Assembly: GCA_031409275.1 (NCBI GenBank)
Contig: JANNXA010000022.1
Span: 64,001 to 128,000 of the forward strand
DNA from: Planctomycetota bacterium
Lineage (GTDB): Bacteria; Planctomycetota; B15-G4; SIAN01
Reading direction: 5' to 3'
Length of the DNA stretch: 64,000 nt
The position numbers and the translations under genes were made by a program. Positions within the stretch are counted from its first letter, which is position 1; the number at the start of each line of letters is the position of its first letter. The notes below the pieces were generated by a model that ran no database searches, was not told the origin of the DNA, and saw nothing but the letters and a program-made list of their open reading frames with translations. This document shows positions 49,776 through 59,325 of the stretch, one piece after another.

Positions 49776-50299
49776 GTCGGCATCCTCCCGGCTTGCCCCC
49801 GCCGGACGAGTGCTTCGAGCAGGCGGCGATTATTCGCGAAACCGAGCTGTTCCGGCAACTGGTCGAGCCGAAAGAAGCGCGCCTCCTCCGCGTCGTCACC
49901 CGCGCGCAACGTTCCGCTGAGGGGCCGCGCGAGGTAGGCGACCACGAGGCCGCGCCGCCGAGGGTCGTCTTCGTTGCAAAGCACGTCGAGCAGCTCCAGC
50001 ACCTCCACCGTCAACCCGGTCTCTTCGATGACTTCACGCTGCAATGCGGAGGCCGGAGTCTCGTCGATCTCCACATAGCCGGCGGGAAGGGTCCAGTGGC
50101 CCTGGAACGGCGGGATTCGGCGGCGAATCAGCAGGATCTCCGCACCCTGGATGACGGCGGCGACGGCACCGACCGTCGGGTGGAGCCAGACGACGTGGGG
50201 ACAACTCGGGCACGCTCGGCGCAAGCGCCCCTCGATCTCGCGATCGGCGAGCGGCGTGCCGCAGCGTGCGCAGAAGCGTTCGAGCTCGTGGTGCCGCAC
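49772..50299 (-). CDS. NUDIX hydrolase with an N-terminal zinc ribbon
   Basis: FCARCG...ACPSC; Nudix box GYVEIDETPASALQREVIEETGL; start approximate. Confidence 0.9.
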   Translation of the reverse strand: MRHHELERFCARCGTPLADREIEGRLRRACPSCPHVVWLHPTVGAVAAVIQGAEILLIRRRIPPFQGHWTLPAGYVEIDETPASALQREVIEETGLTVEVLELLDVLCNEDDPRRRGLVVAYLARPLSGTLRAGDDAEEARFFRLDQLPEQLGFANNRRLLEALVRRGQAGRMPT

Positions 50300-50374
50300 G
50301 TGGAGCGCCTTGACAGGGAAGTTGACGAGCAGAGCCTTCGGACCAGCGCGCAGTCGAACTATCATCCCGCGGCG

Positions 50375-51526
50375 ATGAAGCGCGTCCACCTCCTCGGATC
50401 GACTGGAAGCATCGGGCAGACGTCAGAGCGCGTGCTCGGCGAGTTGGTGGCCACCCACCGCGTCGTCGGGCTCGCGAGCGGACGTGGCGGCCCAGCTTTC
50501 CTGGCGCAAGTCGCGCGGATGATGCCCGAAGCGGTCGCGATCGCCGACGATGATGCCGCGGAGATGGCCGCGCGCGCGCTTCGCGACCAACCGGTCCGGG
50601 TCTTCGGTGGCAACGACTCGGCCGCGCGCATGGTCGAAGCGGTGCCGTCGGAAGTGGTCCTGAACGGGATCACCGGCGCGCGCGGCCTCGCCGCGAGCTT
50701 TGCGGCCGTCCGTCGCGGCGCCGACCTCGCGCTCGCCAACAAGGAGTCGATGGTGATGGCGGGGCCGCTGCTCGCCCGCGCCGCGACCGACCACGGCGCT
50801 CGCATCCTCCCCGTCGACAGCGAACACAGCGCGATCTTCCAGTGCCTGCACCGCGACTCGCTCGCTTCGGTGCGTCGGATCCTGCTCACGGCTTCGGGCG
50901 GTCCGTTCCGCGCGACGCCCGCCGACGAACTCGCGCACGTCACGCCGCAGCAGGCGCTGCGCCACCCCACCTGGTCGATGGGCGCAAAGATCAGCATCGA
51001 CTCGGCGACGTTGCTCAACAAGGCGCTCGAAGTCGTCGAAGCACGCTGGCTCTTCTCGCTGCCGGCGGCGCAGATCGCCGTCGTCGTCCATCCGCAGTCG
51101 ATCGTCCACTCGATGGTCGAGTTCTGCGATGGCTCGATCCTGGCGCAGCTGGGCGTCCCCGACATGGCCGTGCCGATCCGTTTCGCGCTCGCCTATCCGG
51201 AACGCAGCGTGACCAGCGACTCCTACTTCGACCTTGCGCGCTTCCAGACGCTCACGTTCGAGGAGCCTGACCTGGCGCGCTTTCCTGGTCTCGGACTCGG
51301 ATTTCGCGCTGCACGTGCCGGTGGCACGGCAGGCGCCGTCCTCAACGCCGCCAACGAAGTGGCCGTGGCCGCCTTCCTCGAAGGCGGCCTGTCGTTCCAG
51401 CGGATCGCGACGACCGTCGCCGCGGTGCTCGATCAGGTTCCCCACGTCGCCGAACCGACGTTGGAGCAGGTGCTCGCCGCCGACGCGGCCGCGCGTGCGG
51501 AGGCGATTGCATGCTGTTGCTCATGA
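50375..51526 (+). CDS. dxr: 1-deoxy-D-xylulose-5-phosphate reductoisomerase
   Basis: LGSTGSIG, LANKESMV, PVDSEHSAIFQ, LTASGGPF and HPTWSMGAKISIDSA. Confidence 0.98.
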   Translation: MKRVHLLGSTGSIGQTSERVLGELVATHRVVGLASGRGGPAFLAQVARMMPEAVAIADDDAAEMAARALRDQPVRVFGGNDSAARMVEAVPSEVVLNGITGARGLAASFAAVRRGADLALANKESMVMAGPLLARAATDHGARILPVDSEHSAIFQCLHRDSLASVRRILLTASGGPFRATPADELAHVTPQQALRHPTWSMGAKISIDSATLLNKALEVVEARWLFSLPAAQIAVVVHPQSIVHSMVEFCDGSILAQLGVPDMAVPIRFALAYPERSVTSDSYFDLARFQTLTFEEPDLARFPGLGLGFRAARAGGTAGAVLNAANEVAVAAFLEGGLSFQRIATTVAAVLDQVPHVAEPTLEQVLAADAAARAEAIACCCS

Positions 51527-53421
51527 CGTGGCTTGCGACGATCGGTAGCTGGCTCGCCGACACCGCTGGCAGCGTCGGCTTCTGGCTGCTCGCCATCGGT
51601 GGCATCGGGCTCGTGATCTTCGTCCACGAGCTCGGTCACTTCCTCGTCGCGAAGCGCTGCGGCGTGCGGGTCGAGGCGTTCGCGATCGGCTTCGGTCCGA
51701 AGCTCATCGGATTCCGCCGCGGCGACACCGAGTACCGACTCGGGCTGCTGCCGATCGGCGGCTACGTGAAGATGGCCGGCGACAACCCCGGCGACGCGCT
51801 GCAGGGAGACGGCGGCGATCTGCCGAGCAAGAGCGTCGGGCAGCGTTTCGCGATCTTCTCGGCCGGCGTAGTGATGAACCTCATCTTCGCGCTAGTGGCC
51901 TTGCCCATCGCGCTCTCCGTCGGCGTCCAGTTCCACAGCACTCGCGTGGGCTCGGTACAGGCGGGCGGTCCGGCGTGGAAGTCGGGGCTGGCCAAGGGTG
52001 ACGAGATCGTCGCGGTCGACGCCCACCGCGTCGATGACTTCAACGACATCATCGCCGAGGTCGCCCTCTCCGGTGCCGATGGCGTCGAGATCGAGGTGAT
52101 CCGCGCGGCCGACGTCGAGGGCGCCCGCACCAGCGAGAAGCTCTTCGTGCAGCCGGAGTACGACCGCTCGCAGGGTCGCTACGTCATCGGGATCGGCCCG
52201 TCGCTCGCGGCCACCTTCGAGGTCGTCAAGTCCGGGCCGGCCGAGCGCGCTGGCATCCAGGCGACCGATCGCGTCATCGGCTTCGACGGGCGGCCGGTCG
52301 CCAACGTCGAAGCGTTCGAGCCACTGCGTGCGGAGAATCGCGCGCCGATCGTGACGTTGCGCGTCGCGGCCGCCGATGGTGTCGAGCGCGACGTCGTCGT
52401 CGAGCCGATCCCGTTCGAGCGAGCGAGCTGCGTGGTCGGCATCAAGCCGTTCCTGAACAAGGTCAAGGCAGTGCGCGGCCGCGCGGCGATCGCCGACTTC
52501 CTGCGCCCCGAGGACGAAGTCCTCGCGCTCGGCCGACGCGAAGAAGACGGTCGCGTCACCCCGGTCGTCTCGATCGCCGATGCCGACGAACTCGCCGCCG
52601 CGTTCAAGCAATCGACGGCACTCGGCGCCGCGGCTCGCTTCGTGGTGCGCCGCGGGGAGCAGACGATCGAACTCGCTCCGCCGGCCGGTCTCGACGAGGC
52701 GTTCGCGGCGGACGTCGCGCTCGGCCGCGAACCTCCGGGTCGGCGGATTCGCCTCGTGCCCGATTACCCAGCGGCGCGCGCCGGACTGCCCGATGGCGGC
52801 GAAGTCGTGAAGGTCGATCAGGTTGCGGTCGCCGGATGGGGCGACATCTCCGAGCGCGTGCAGAAGGCGGCCCCGCAGGGGGATGGCGGCCGCGCGTCGC
52901 CGCTGACGTTCACGATGCTGGTCGAAGGCCAGTCGCAGGAAGTCACCGTGGCGCCGCGGGTCGAGCGACCGCCGGTCGACTTCGGTCTGCTGCCCAGCAT
53001 CGCGATGGTCGAGCGCTCCTACCCCTTCTTCGAAGCGGTCGGCGTCGGCGTGTCATCGGCCGGCTACATGATCAAGAACGTCTACCTCACGCTGAAGAAG
53101 ATCCTCGTGCGCGAGGTGAGCGCCAGCAACCTTTCGGGCATCTTCACCATCGCCTATGTCTCGCGCTCGTTCGCCGAATCGGGCATCGCGACCCTCTTTT
53201 TCTTCCTGTCGGTGCTTTCGCTGAACCTCGCCTTCCTGAACCTCCTGCCCATCCCGGTGCTCGACGGTGGGCATCTCTTCTTCCTGCTGGTGGAGAAGGT
53301 CAAGGGTTCGCCGGTCAGCGAGCGAGTCATGGGCTTCTCGCAACTGGTCGGACTAGTCCTGGTGCTTGCCCTGCTCTTGTTCGTGACCTACAACGACCTG
53401 CATCGGTTCTTCTTCCTGTGA
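51511..53421 (+). CDS. rseP: RseP/M50 site-2 protease with multiple PDZ-like domains
   Basis: HELGH, FAIGFGP, GGYVKM and LNLLPIPVLDGGH; lies downstream of dxr; start may be 51523. Confidence 0.93.
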   Translation: MLLLMTWLATIGSWLADTAGSVGFWLLAIGGIGLVIFVHELGHFLVAKRCGVRVEAFAIGFGPKLIGFRRGDTEYRLGLLPIGGYVKMAGDNPGDALQGDGGDLPSKSVGQRFAIFSAGVVMNLIFALVALPIALSVGVQFHSTRVGSVQAGGPAWKSGLAKGDEIVAVDAHRVDDFNDIIAEVALSGADGVEIEVIRAADVEGARTSEKLFVQPEYDRSQGRYVIGIGPSLAATFEVVKSGPAERAGIQATDRVIGFDGRPVANVEAFEPLRAENRAPIVTLRVAAADGVERDVVVEPIPFERASCVVGIKPFLNKVKAVRGRAAIADFLRPEDEVLALGRREEDGRVTPVVSIADADELAAAFKQSTALGAAARFVVRRGEQTIELAPPAGLDEAFAADVALGREPPGRRIRLVPDYPAARAGLPDGGEVVKVDQVAVAGWGDISERVQKAAPQGDGGRASPLTFTMLVEGQSQEVTVAPRVERPPVDFGLLPSIAMVERSYPFFEAVGVGVSSAGYMIKNVYLTLKKILVREVSASNLSGIFTIAYVSRSFAESGIATLFFFLSVLSLNLAFLNLLPIPVLDGGHLFFLLVEKVKGSPVSERVMGFSQLVGLVLVLALLLFVTYNDLHRFFFL

Positions 53422-53437
53422 GCGGGTGCACGGCGCG

Positions 53438-54349
53438 ATGAACGCGCGCCTGGCTGCCCTGGCGGCGCTGCTGCGCCTGTCGTTGGCTCCCACCGTCCTC
53501 GCCGACCTCGCGGCAGGCGTGGCGTTGGCGAGTGGTGCGCCTGGCGGAGTGGCGATCGTCGCGCGCCTGGCGGGCGTCTCCTTGCTGCTCTTCTGCGGTG
53601 GCATGGCGCTGAATGGCTTCGTCGATCGCGCTCACGACGCGCTCGTGCGACCCACGCGACCACTGCCGAGCGGGCGCATCTCCCCCGCCGCGGCACTGAC
53701 GCTCGCGCTGTGCGGACTCGGCGGAGCGCCGCTGCTGGCGCTGCTGGTCGGCGGGGATCAGGCGCGACCGACCGCGTGGGCGGCGACGCTGCTGGCGGGA
53801 GTGATCGCGCTCTACCACACGCCGCTCAAACGCCACGGGCTGCTCGGCCCGTTGCTGCTCGGTGCCGTTCGTGCCGGGGATCTGCTGCTAGGCGCGATCG
53901 CCTGCGTCGGCCTCGAGCGCGGGATCGCGGTCGCGTGGCCTTTCGCCATCGTGCATGGGCTCTACGTGGTCGGCGCGTCGCTCGTCGCGCACGAAGAGGA
54001 TCGCGCGCCGCGGATCGGGCGCGCGCGCGCCGGCGCAGCGCTCTGCTTTGCGTCGATCGGCGCCGCCGGTGCGCTGGCTCTGCTCGGGCGCGGAGAGGGC
54101 ATGTCGACGCAGATCGCCTGCATCCTCGCGTTGTGGCAATGCATGACGCTGCGGCGCGCGCTGCTGCTCTTTCGCGCGGGAGCGCCAGGCGACATCCCGC
54201 TCTCCGCGTTCGCTCGCCTGTTCCTCTCGCGCCTGCCGCTGATCCCAGCCGTCGCCTGTTTCGCGGCCGGCGCCGGCGACCTCGGACTGGCGGCGATCGG
54301 CATCTACTGGGTCGTTTTCGTGCTGGTGCGTTTCATCCCACCGACTTGA
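53438..54349 (+). CDS. UbiA-family prenyltransferase (EboC-like)
   Basis: PTVLADLAAG and GGMALNGFVDRAHDALVRPTRPLPSGRIS; polytopic membrane protein. Confidence 0.8.
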   Translation: MNARLAALAALLRLSLAPTVLADLAAGVALASGAPGGVAIVARLAGVSLLLFCGGMALNGFVDRAHDALVRPTRPLPSGRISPAAALTLALCGLGGAPLLALLVGGDQARPTAWAATLLAGVIALYHTPLKRHGLLGPLLLGAVRAGDLLLGAIACVGLERGIAVAWPFAIVHGLYVVGASLVAHEEDRAPRIGRARAGAALCFASIGAAGALALLGRGEGMSTQIACILALWQCMTLRRALLLFRAGAPGDIPLSAFARLFLSRLPLIPAVACFAAGAGDLGLAAIGIYWVVFVLVRFIPPT

Positions 54350-54377
54350 GGGGCTGCTCCTGCGTCACACCATCGTC

Positions 54378-54956
54378 GTGCTGGTGTTCGTTGCGCTCGC
54401 CCTGCTCGGCGTCCGGATCGCCACCGTGGTGGCGAGCGGTGCCGCGCTGCATCAGAGCGAGGTTGCGGGGCGCGAGATGGCGCAGCGGATCGTCGTGGCC
54501 GAGCTGAAGCGCCGCGCGGACGCCCCCGCCGGCGACCCGATCACGCCCTACGCTTTCTTGTCGACGCTGGTCGCGGAGGGGCGGCTCACCGGACTGCTCC
54601 CCGTCGCGCACGGCAAGGAGCGCGACCTCTGGCGCAACGAGAGCTACGTCTTCCACGTTCGCCTGCTGAACAAGCTCGGGCGGCCGCTCACCTCGCGCCC
54701 GGAGCGGCCCGAACTCGAGCCGGGCCTTGGCGCGAACTTCGAGCTGTGGGCCTGGCCTTTCGATCGCAAGCACACGACGCTGTCGCTGTTCTTCGCGAGC
54801 GATGTCGGTGCGCTCCTGCAGGGCGACAACGGCGTGTTCGCCGGCATCGGTGCGCGGCCGGAGGAGGTGCAACCGTTGCCACCGCGCACCTTGGAGAAGG
54901 AACTCGACGGCGCCGGAAAACAGTGGATCGTGGTGAGCGACCACGGAGCTCCCTGA
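54378..54956 (+). CDS. Membrane-anchored hypothetical protein, pilin-like/DUF2950-like
   Basis: N-terminal hydrophobic helix; YVFHV...FELWAWP...FFASDVG pattern; start uncertain. Confidence 0.5.
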   Translation: MLVFVALALLGVRIATVVASGAALHQSEVAGREMAQRIVVAELKRRADAPAGDPITPYAFLSTLVAEGRLTGLLPVAHGKERDLWRNESYVFHVRLLNKLGRPLTSRPERPELEPGLGANFELWAWPFDRKHTTLSLFFASDVGALLQGDNGVFAGIGARPEEVQPLPPRTLEKELDGAGKQWIVVSDHGAP

Positions 54957-55004
54957 GCCCGATCGAGCGAGGTTCCGCGTGCATGCGCCACGGCGCGTCG
55001 TCGA

Positions 55005-56675
55005 TCAGAAGAACGACGCGAAGAGCTCGACGATGCGGTCGGTGAGCGGCTTGTTTTCCAGCGTCAGTCGCAGCGCATAGAGCTCCGCGCCGAGCGCCAT
55101 GTCGTCGAAGTAGGCGACGGTGTCGACCGCGGCAAGGCGCAGTTCGAGCGCGGCGTCGGCGTCGCGCACGAGCTTGAAGAGCTGCTCGGCGCAGCTTCGC
55201 TGGTCGGGAGCGGACATTCCGCCGAGAACCCCTCGCAACGCGTCGAGCAGCGCGAGCTGCGCGCGCAACGTCGGCGCGCTGGTGAGCGCCGCGGCGAGCA
55301 GCGGTCCCGCGCTCGCTCCGTACTGTTGCACATGAGTCGCCGCGAGCTCGCTCAAGTAGGTGCGTTCGCCGGCGCGCGGGTCCTCGGCGCTGCCGGCGCG
55401 GACGATGCGCGCAACGAAACGCGGGATGTCGCCTGGCTCCGTGAAGCTCTTCAGCCCGGAAAGCAGGTTGCCGAGATCGCTGCCGTCGAGGGGCTCCTGG
55501 TCGAGTCGGCGGCGCAAGAGCGGGACGACGGCGGGATCGCGCAGCCCCTCGCAGAGGAAGCTCACCGCTTCGCGCAGCGCGGTCCCGCGTCCGCGGTCGA
55601 TCGTGTCGCGCCACGACTGCACGACATCGGTGCGGCCGCGCCGAAACAGCGGCTCGGCGGCGGCGCGCGCGACGACCGGATCCGCGTCGGCGGCAAGCCG
55701 GGAAAGCAGCGCGTCGACGGCGTCGTTCGGCGCCTTGCCGAGCCCGGCCCCGAGCGCGATCGCCAGCTGCTTGCGCACCTCGCCGGTCGGATGGTCGACC
55801 AACCGCCGCGCCTGTTCGATCGGCATCAACCGTGCGGCATCGCGCCAGAGCGTGAGCCCTTCGAGGAGGCGCCGCTCGTCGCCGCTCTCGATCTCGGCGA
55901 TCGCCGCGGCGTGGCCGCGCGCGTCATCGTTGGCGAGCAGCGCGAAGATCGCGTTCTGGCGCACGATCGTCGCCGGCGAGTCGAGATGGCGGACGCAGGC
56001 ATCGGCGCAGCCGGCGAGGTGGCGGAAGCCGACTTGTTGCAGGAACGGGATCGCCTCGCCACCGTCGTACTGCACGAGGAAGCTGTTCATCGCTTCGACG
56101 TCGCCGAAGTCCTCGCTGTGAACGATCTCCTGCAGCGCGGCACCGGCGATGGCTCGGCGCGCGTCGCTCGAAAGGCGGATCAGGAGATCCTCAGTCTCGT
56201 CGCTGCGCGGGAACTTGGCCAATGCGCGGATGGCCGCCACCTGCAGGTGCTCGTGCTCGGGCGGGGAGACGGCCGCGATGCGGCGCAGGAATCCGAGCGC
56301 GCTCGGGTCGCCGACGACGGCCAGCGCGTCGATCAGCCGTTGCGCGAGGTAGGCCGATCCGACCACGATCTTCTCGTAGCGCTCCATCAAGCGCGCGGCG
56401 AGCGCGGCGCGGTCCGCCGGCAGGTGCCGCGCGGTCCAATAGAAGACGTCCGGCGGCCCCCACTCGATTCGGGCGGCCACCCGCAAGACCGGATCCGCCA
56501 GCACGTTCGCCGCGAGCGCTTCGAGCGGCGGGTGGATCTCAGGCAGGCGGTTGGCGAATTCGTACGCCTCGAAATCGTTGGGCAGCAGCGTCCGCACGGC
56601 ACGCTTCGGCCACAGCGCGACGGCAACGAGGGCGAGCGCGACCAGGATCACCAGGAATGGCAGGCGTCGTTTCAT
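55005..56675 (-). CDS. Membrane-anchored HEAT-repeat protein
   Basis: MKRRLPFLVILVALALVAVALWP anchor; HEAT units (AAIRALAKF, VRQNAIFAL, VRKQLAIALG). Confidence 0.78.
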   Translation of the reverse strand: MKRRLPFLVILVALALVAVALWPKRAVRTLLPNDFEAYEFANRLPEIHPPLEALAANVLADPVLRVAARIEWGPPDVFYWTARHLPADRAALAARLMERYEKIVVGSAYLAQRLIDALAVVGDPSALGFLRRIAAVSPPEHEHLQVAAIRALAKFPRSDETEDLLIRLSSDARRAIAGAALQEIVHSEDFGDVEAMNSFLVQYDGGEAIPFLQQVGFRHLAGCADACVRHLDSPATIVRQNAIFALLANDDARGHAAAIAEIESGDERRLLEGLTLWRDAARLMPIEQARRLVDHPTGEVRKQLAIALGAGLGKAPNDAVDALLSRLAADADPVVARAAAEPLFRRGRTDVVQSWRDTIDRGRGTALREAVSFLCEGLRDPAVVPLLRRRLDQEPLDGSDLGNLLSGLKSFTEPGDIPRFVARIVRAGSAEDPRAGERTYLSELAATHVQQYGASAGPLLAAALTSAPTLRAQLALLDALRGVLGGMSAPDQRSCAEQLFKLVRDADAALELRLAAVDTVAYFDDMALGAELYALRLTLENKPLTDRIVELFASFF

Positions 56676-56742
56676 GAGCGGAGGCGCATCGTAGACTGCG
56701 CGCCCGCGCTCGCTTGCTCCCGTCAGTGCTGAGGTCCCGTCC

Positions 56743-57843
56743 ATGTTTGACCACTCCTCTCCTGCCCGCGTCGGTGCCGGATCGCGCCGCGGATCGCGCG
56801 TCGGCGCCCTTGCCGGTGGCTGGCTTCTGATGGCGGCTGCGACGGCGAGCGCTGCAACCGTCGCGCCGCGTTGGCAAGCGGCCCCGCAAGGGACGCCGCC
56901 GCTCCCGCAGACCGCTCCGGCCACTCCATCGGAGGAGGCGACCCCGGCCGAGGTCGAGTGGCAGAAGATCAGCGACGAGCTCACCCCGAAGCTGGTTCGG
57001 CTGCGCGAGCTGCCGCCCGAGGAGCGCAAGCAGGAGAGCTTCCGCGCCGAGCTGGCGCGCATCGGCGAGTTCGTACGCAAGTACCAGAAGAGCGAGCCAG
57101 ACGTCGCGGCGTCGGCGCGCGTCTTCATGGCGACGCAGGTGCTTTGGAAGGGGCTTGGCCGCGATGCGCAGGCGGTCGACGTCTTGCGCGACGTCACCTC
57201 GACCGCGCCCAGCGGCCTCGTGGCAGGCCTTGCAGCGCTGAATGCCGGCGAGATCCTCCTGCGCGCCGGCGACGAACCGGGCCTGCGCCAGCTGTTCGAT
57301 CTCTACGCGAGTCGCGCCGACGCCGAAGCGCTGTTTCGTGACGCTCTCGAGGGGTTGTGTCGGCAAGTGCGGCTGCAACCGGGGCGCCCGTTTCCGGCGA
57401 TCGAACTGCACGATCTGGCCGGGCGGCGGCTCGAAACCGAGGCGCTCCGCGGGAAGCTGGTCGTGCTGCTGGTCTTCAGCGTGGAGGCTCCAGCGGCCCG
57501 CGAGGCGCTGGCGGAAATGGTGCGGACGACGTCAGCGCTCGCTGATCCTGGCCTCGCGCCCGTCGGTCTTTCCCTCGACCTCGATCGCAAGAAGCTGCTG
57601 GCCGTGGTCGAGGAGCTCGGAGCGAAGTTTCCGATCGACTGCAGTGAGAAGGGTTGGGAGTCGGCAGCCATCCAGGAGCTCGGCCTGACCCGGATTCCAG
57701 CCATCATCGTGCTCGACCCCAAGGGGACGATCCTGTTCAACCGAGTCGGCGGGCTCGGCTCCGAGTTGCGGCCGATCCTGGTCGACTTCCTGGAGACCCT
57801 GCGTGCAAGCGGCGAACTGCCGCCGCGACGGCCCGGCGGTTGA
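56743..57843 (+). CDS. TlpA/redoxin-fold protein lacking CXXC
   Basis: PGRPFPAIELHDLAG, LRGKLVVLLVF, VGLSLD and IPAIIVLDPKG; EAPAA occupies the WCXXC position. Confidence 0.75.
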   Translation: MFDHSSPARVGAGSRRGSRVGALAGGWLLMAAATASAATVAPRWQAAPQGTPPLPQTAPATPSEEATPAEVEWQKISDELTPKLVRLRELPPEERKQESFRAELARIGEFVRKYQKSEPDVAASARVFMATQVLWKGLGRDAQAVDVLRDVTSTAPSGLVAGLAALNAGEILLRAGDEPGLRQLFDLYASRADAEALFRDALEGLCRQVRLQPGRPFPAIELHDLAGRRLETEALRGKLVVLLVFSVEAPAAREALAEMVRTTSALADPGLAPVGLSLDLDRKKLLAVVEELGAKFPIDCSEKGWESAAIQELGLTRIPAIIVLDPKGTILFNRVGGLGSELRPILVDFLETLRASGELPPRRPGG

Positions 57844-57996
57844 GCGCCGCCCGCCACCTGCTCCCTGGAAATCCTCGGCGACCGCGATACCATCCCGCCC
57901 CTTCGTGCTAGAGCCTCGTGCAACGACGGACCGCAGGCCGTGGACGTGCGCTGGTCCGTTGTCGATTCCTCCACCCGCCCCCGGAGCGGCGCCGAC

Positions 57997-58218
57997 ATGA
58001 AGAACGTTCGCAATCTCCTCTGCGCGGTCCTCGCTGCCTCGTCGCTCGCCGCTTGCGGCTCGACGGTGGCCGGCGACAAGCAGTCGTACACCGGGACCTG
58101 GTGGAAGAACAACCTCCGCGGTTACTGGTACGTGCTGAAGCGTGACGCGACCGACATCTATCGCGGCGTCGACCGTCACTTCTTCAACTACGACTGGGAC
58201 GACCCGAACCTCCAGTGA
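57997..58218 (+). CDS. Small (73 aa) aromatic-rich lipoprotein
   Basis: Lipobox LAAC; W/Y/F-rich mature part ending DRHFFNYDWDDPNLQ. Confidence 0.75.
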   Translation: MKNVRNLLCAVLAASSLAACGSTVAGDKQSYTGTWWKNNLRGYWYVLKRDATDIYRGVDRHFFNYDWDDPNLQ

Positions 58219-58356
58219 GGCTGCACTGGCCTGCGCCGGGCCCGCAACGGGCTGGCGCTGCGCCTGCGGTGGCTTGGCTGCGGCTGCGACGATCTCCCCT
58301 CCGCTGACCCATCGGGTCACGGCGCTTGACCCATCGGGTCGACGCGCCGGCGAAGG

Positions 58357-59325
58357 TCAAACGGGCGATCGACCGCCGGGTCGTTGAATCATCCGCTCGT
58401 AAACCGCCGTGACGCGGTCGGTCAGTTCGTCGCCAGCGGCGGCCGCGTCGATCCAGGCGATCTCCGGGAACTGCCGGAACCAGTGGTCTTGGCGGCGAAC
58501 GAACGTCGTCGTGTCGCTGATGACTCGCTGCCGGCATTCCGCGAGCGTCCCCTGCCCCTGCAGGAAGTCGACCACCTGGCGGTAGCCGATCGCCAGGCCC
58601 GCGACAGGGCCAAGCCGACCGCTTTCGAGCAGCGCCCGCACTTCGTCGACGAGTCCGTCGCGGAACATCCGGTCCACTCGCGCAGTGACCCGATCGCGCA
58701 GCGCCGCCCTCGACCAGTGGATGCCGACGAGGTGCGGCGTGCCGTCGATGGCGCACCGGGTCGCGCGGCGTTGCCAGACGCTGAGCGCCTCTCCGGTCTG
58801 CGCCGCCACCTCGAGGGCGCGCACGATTCGCTTGCGATCGTTGGGATGGAGCCGCGTGGCGATCTCAGGGTCCTTCACCGCGAGGGTGGCGTGCGCAGCG
58901 GCCAGCCCGTCGCGATCGACCGAGAGCGCCACCGCCGCGCGGACCGCCGGGTCGATGGCGGGCACTTCGAAGAGTCCCCGCACCAGCGCGCGCAGGTAGA
59001 GCCCGGTGCCGCCGACGAAGAGCGGCAGCCGTCCGCGCGCTCGCACCGACGCGACCGCCGCCTGCGCATGACGCACGTAGTCGCCGACCGAGAAGCGCTC
59101 CGTCGGCTCGACGAGGTTGGTCAACGCGAAGCGAGCGGGCGCCTGCTTGTCGGTGCCGCGGTCCATGCCGCGGTAGACCTTCATCGAGTCCAGCGAGAGC
59201 AGTTCGAACGGCAGCCGCGATGCGAGCTGCAGCGCCACCGCCTTCTTGCCCGACGCCGTCGCCCCCACCAGGAAGCAGAGCGCAGCGTCGTGGTCCCCCT
59301 GGCGATCCTCAGTCGTCGTCGCCAT
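58357..59325 (-). CDS. miaA: tRNA dimethylallyltransferase
   Basis: GATASGK, DSMKVYRGMD.GT, VGGTGLYLRAL, HPNDRKRIVRALEV, AIGY and RQ..WF. Confidence 0.93.
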   Translation of the reverse strand: MATTTEDRQGDHDAALCFLVGATASGKKAVALQLASRLPFELLSLDSMKVYRGMDRGTDKQAPARFALTNLVEPTERFSVGDYVRHAQAAVASVRARGRLPLFVGGTGLYLRALVRGLFEVPAIDPAVRAAVALSVDRDGLAAAHATLAVKDPEIATRLHPNDRKRIVRALEVAAQTGEALSVWQRRATRCAIDGTPHLVGIHWSRAALRDRVTARVDRMFRDGLVDEVRALLESGRLGPVAGLAIGYRQVVDFLQGQGTLAECRQRVISDTTTFVRRQDHWFRQFPEIAWIDAAAAGDELTDRVTAVYERMIQRPGGRSPV

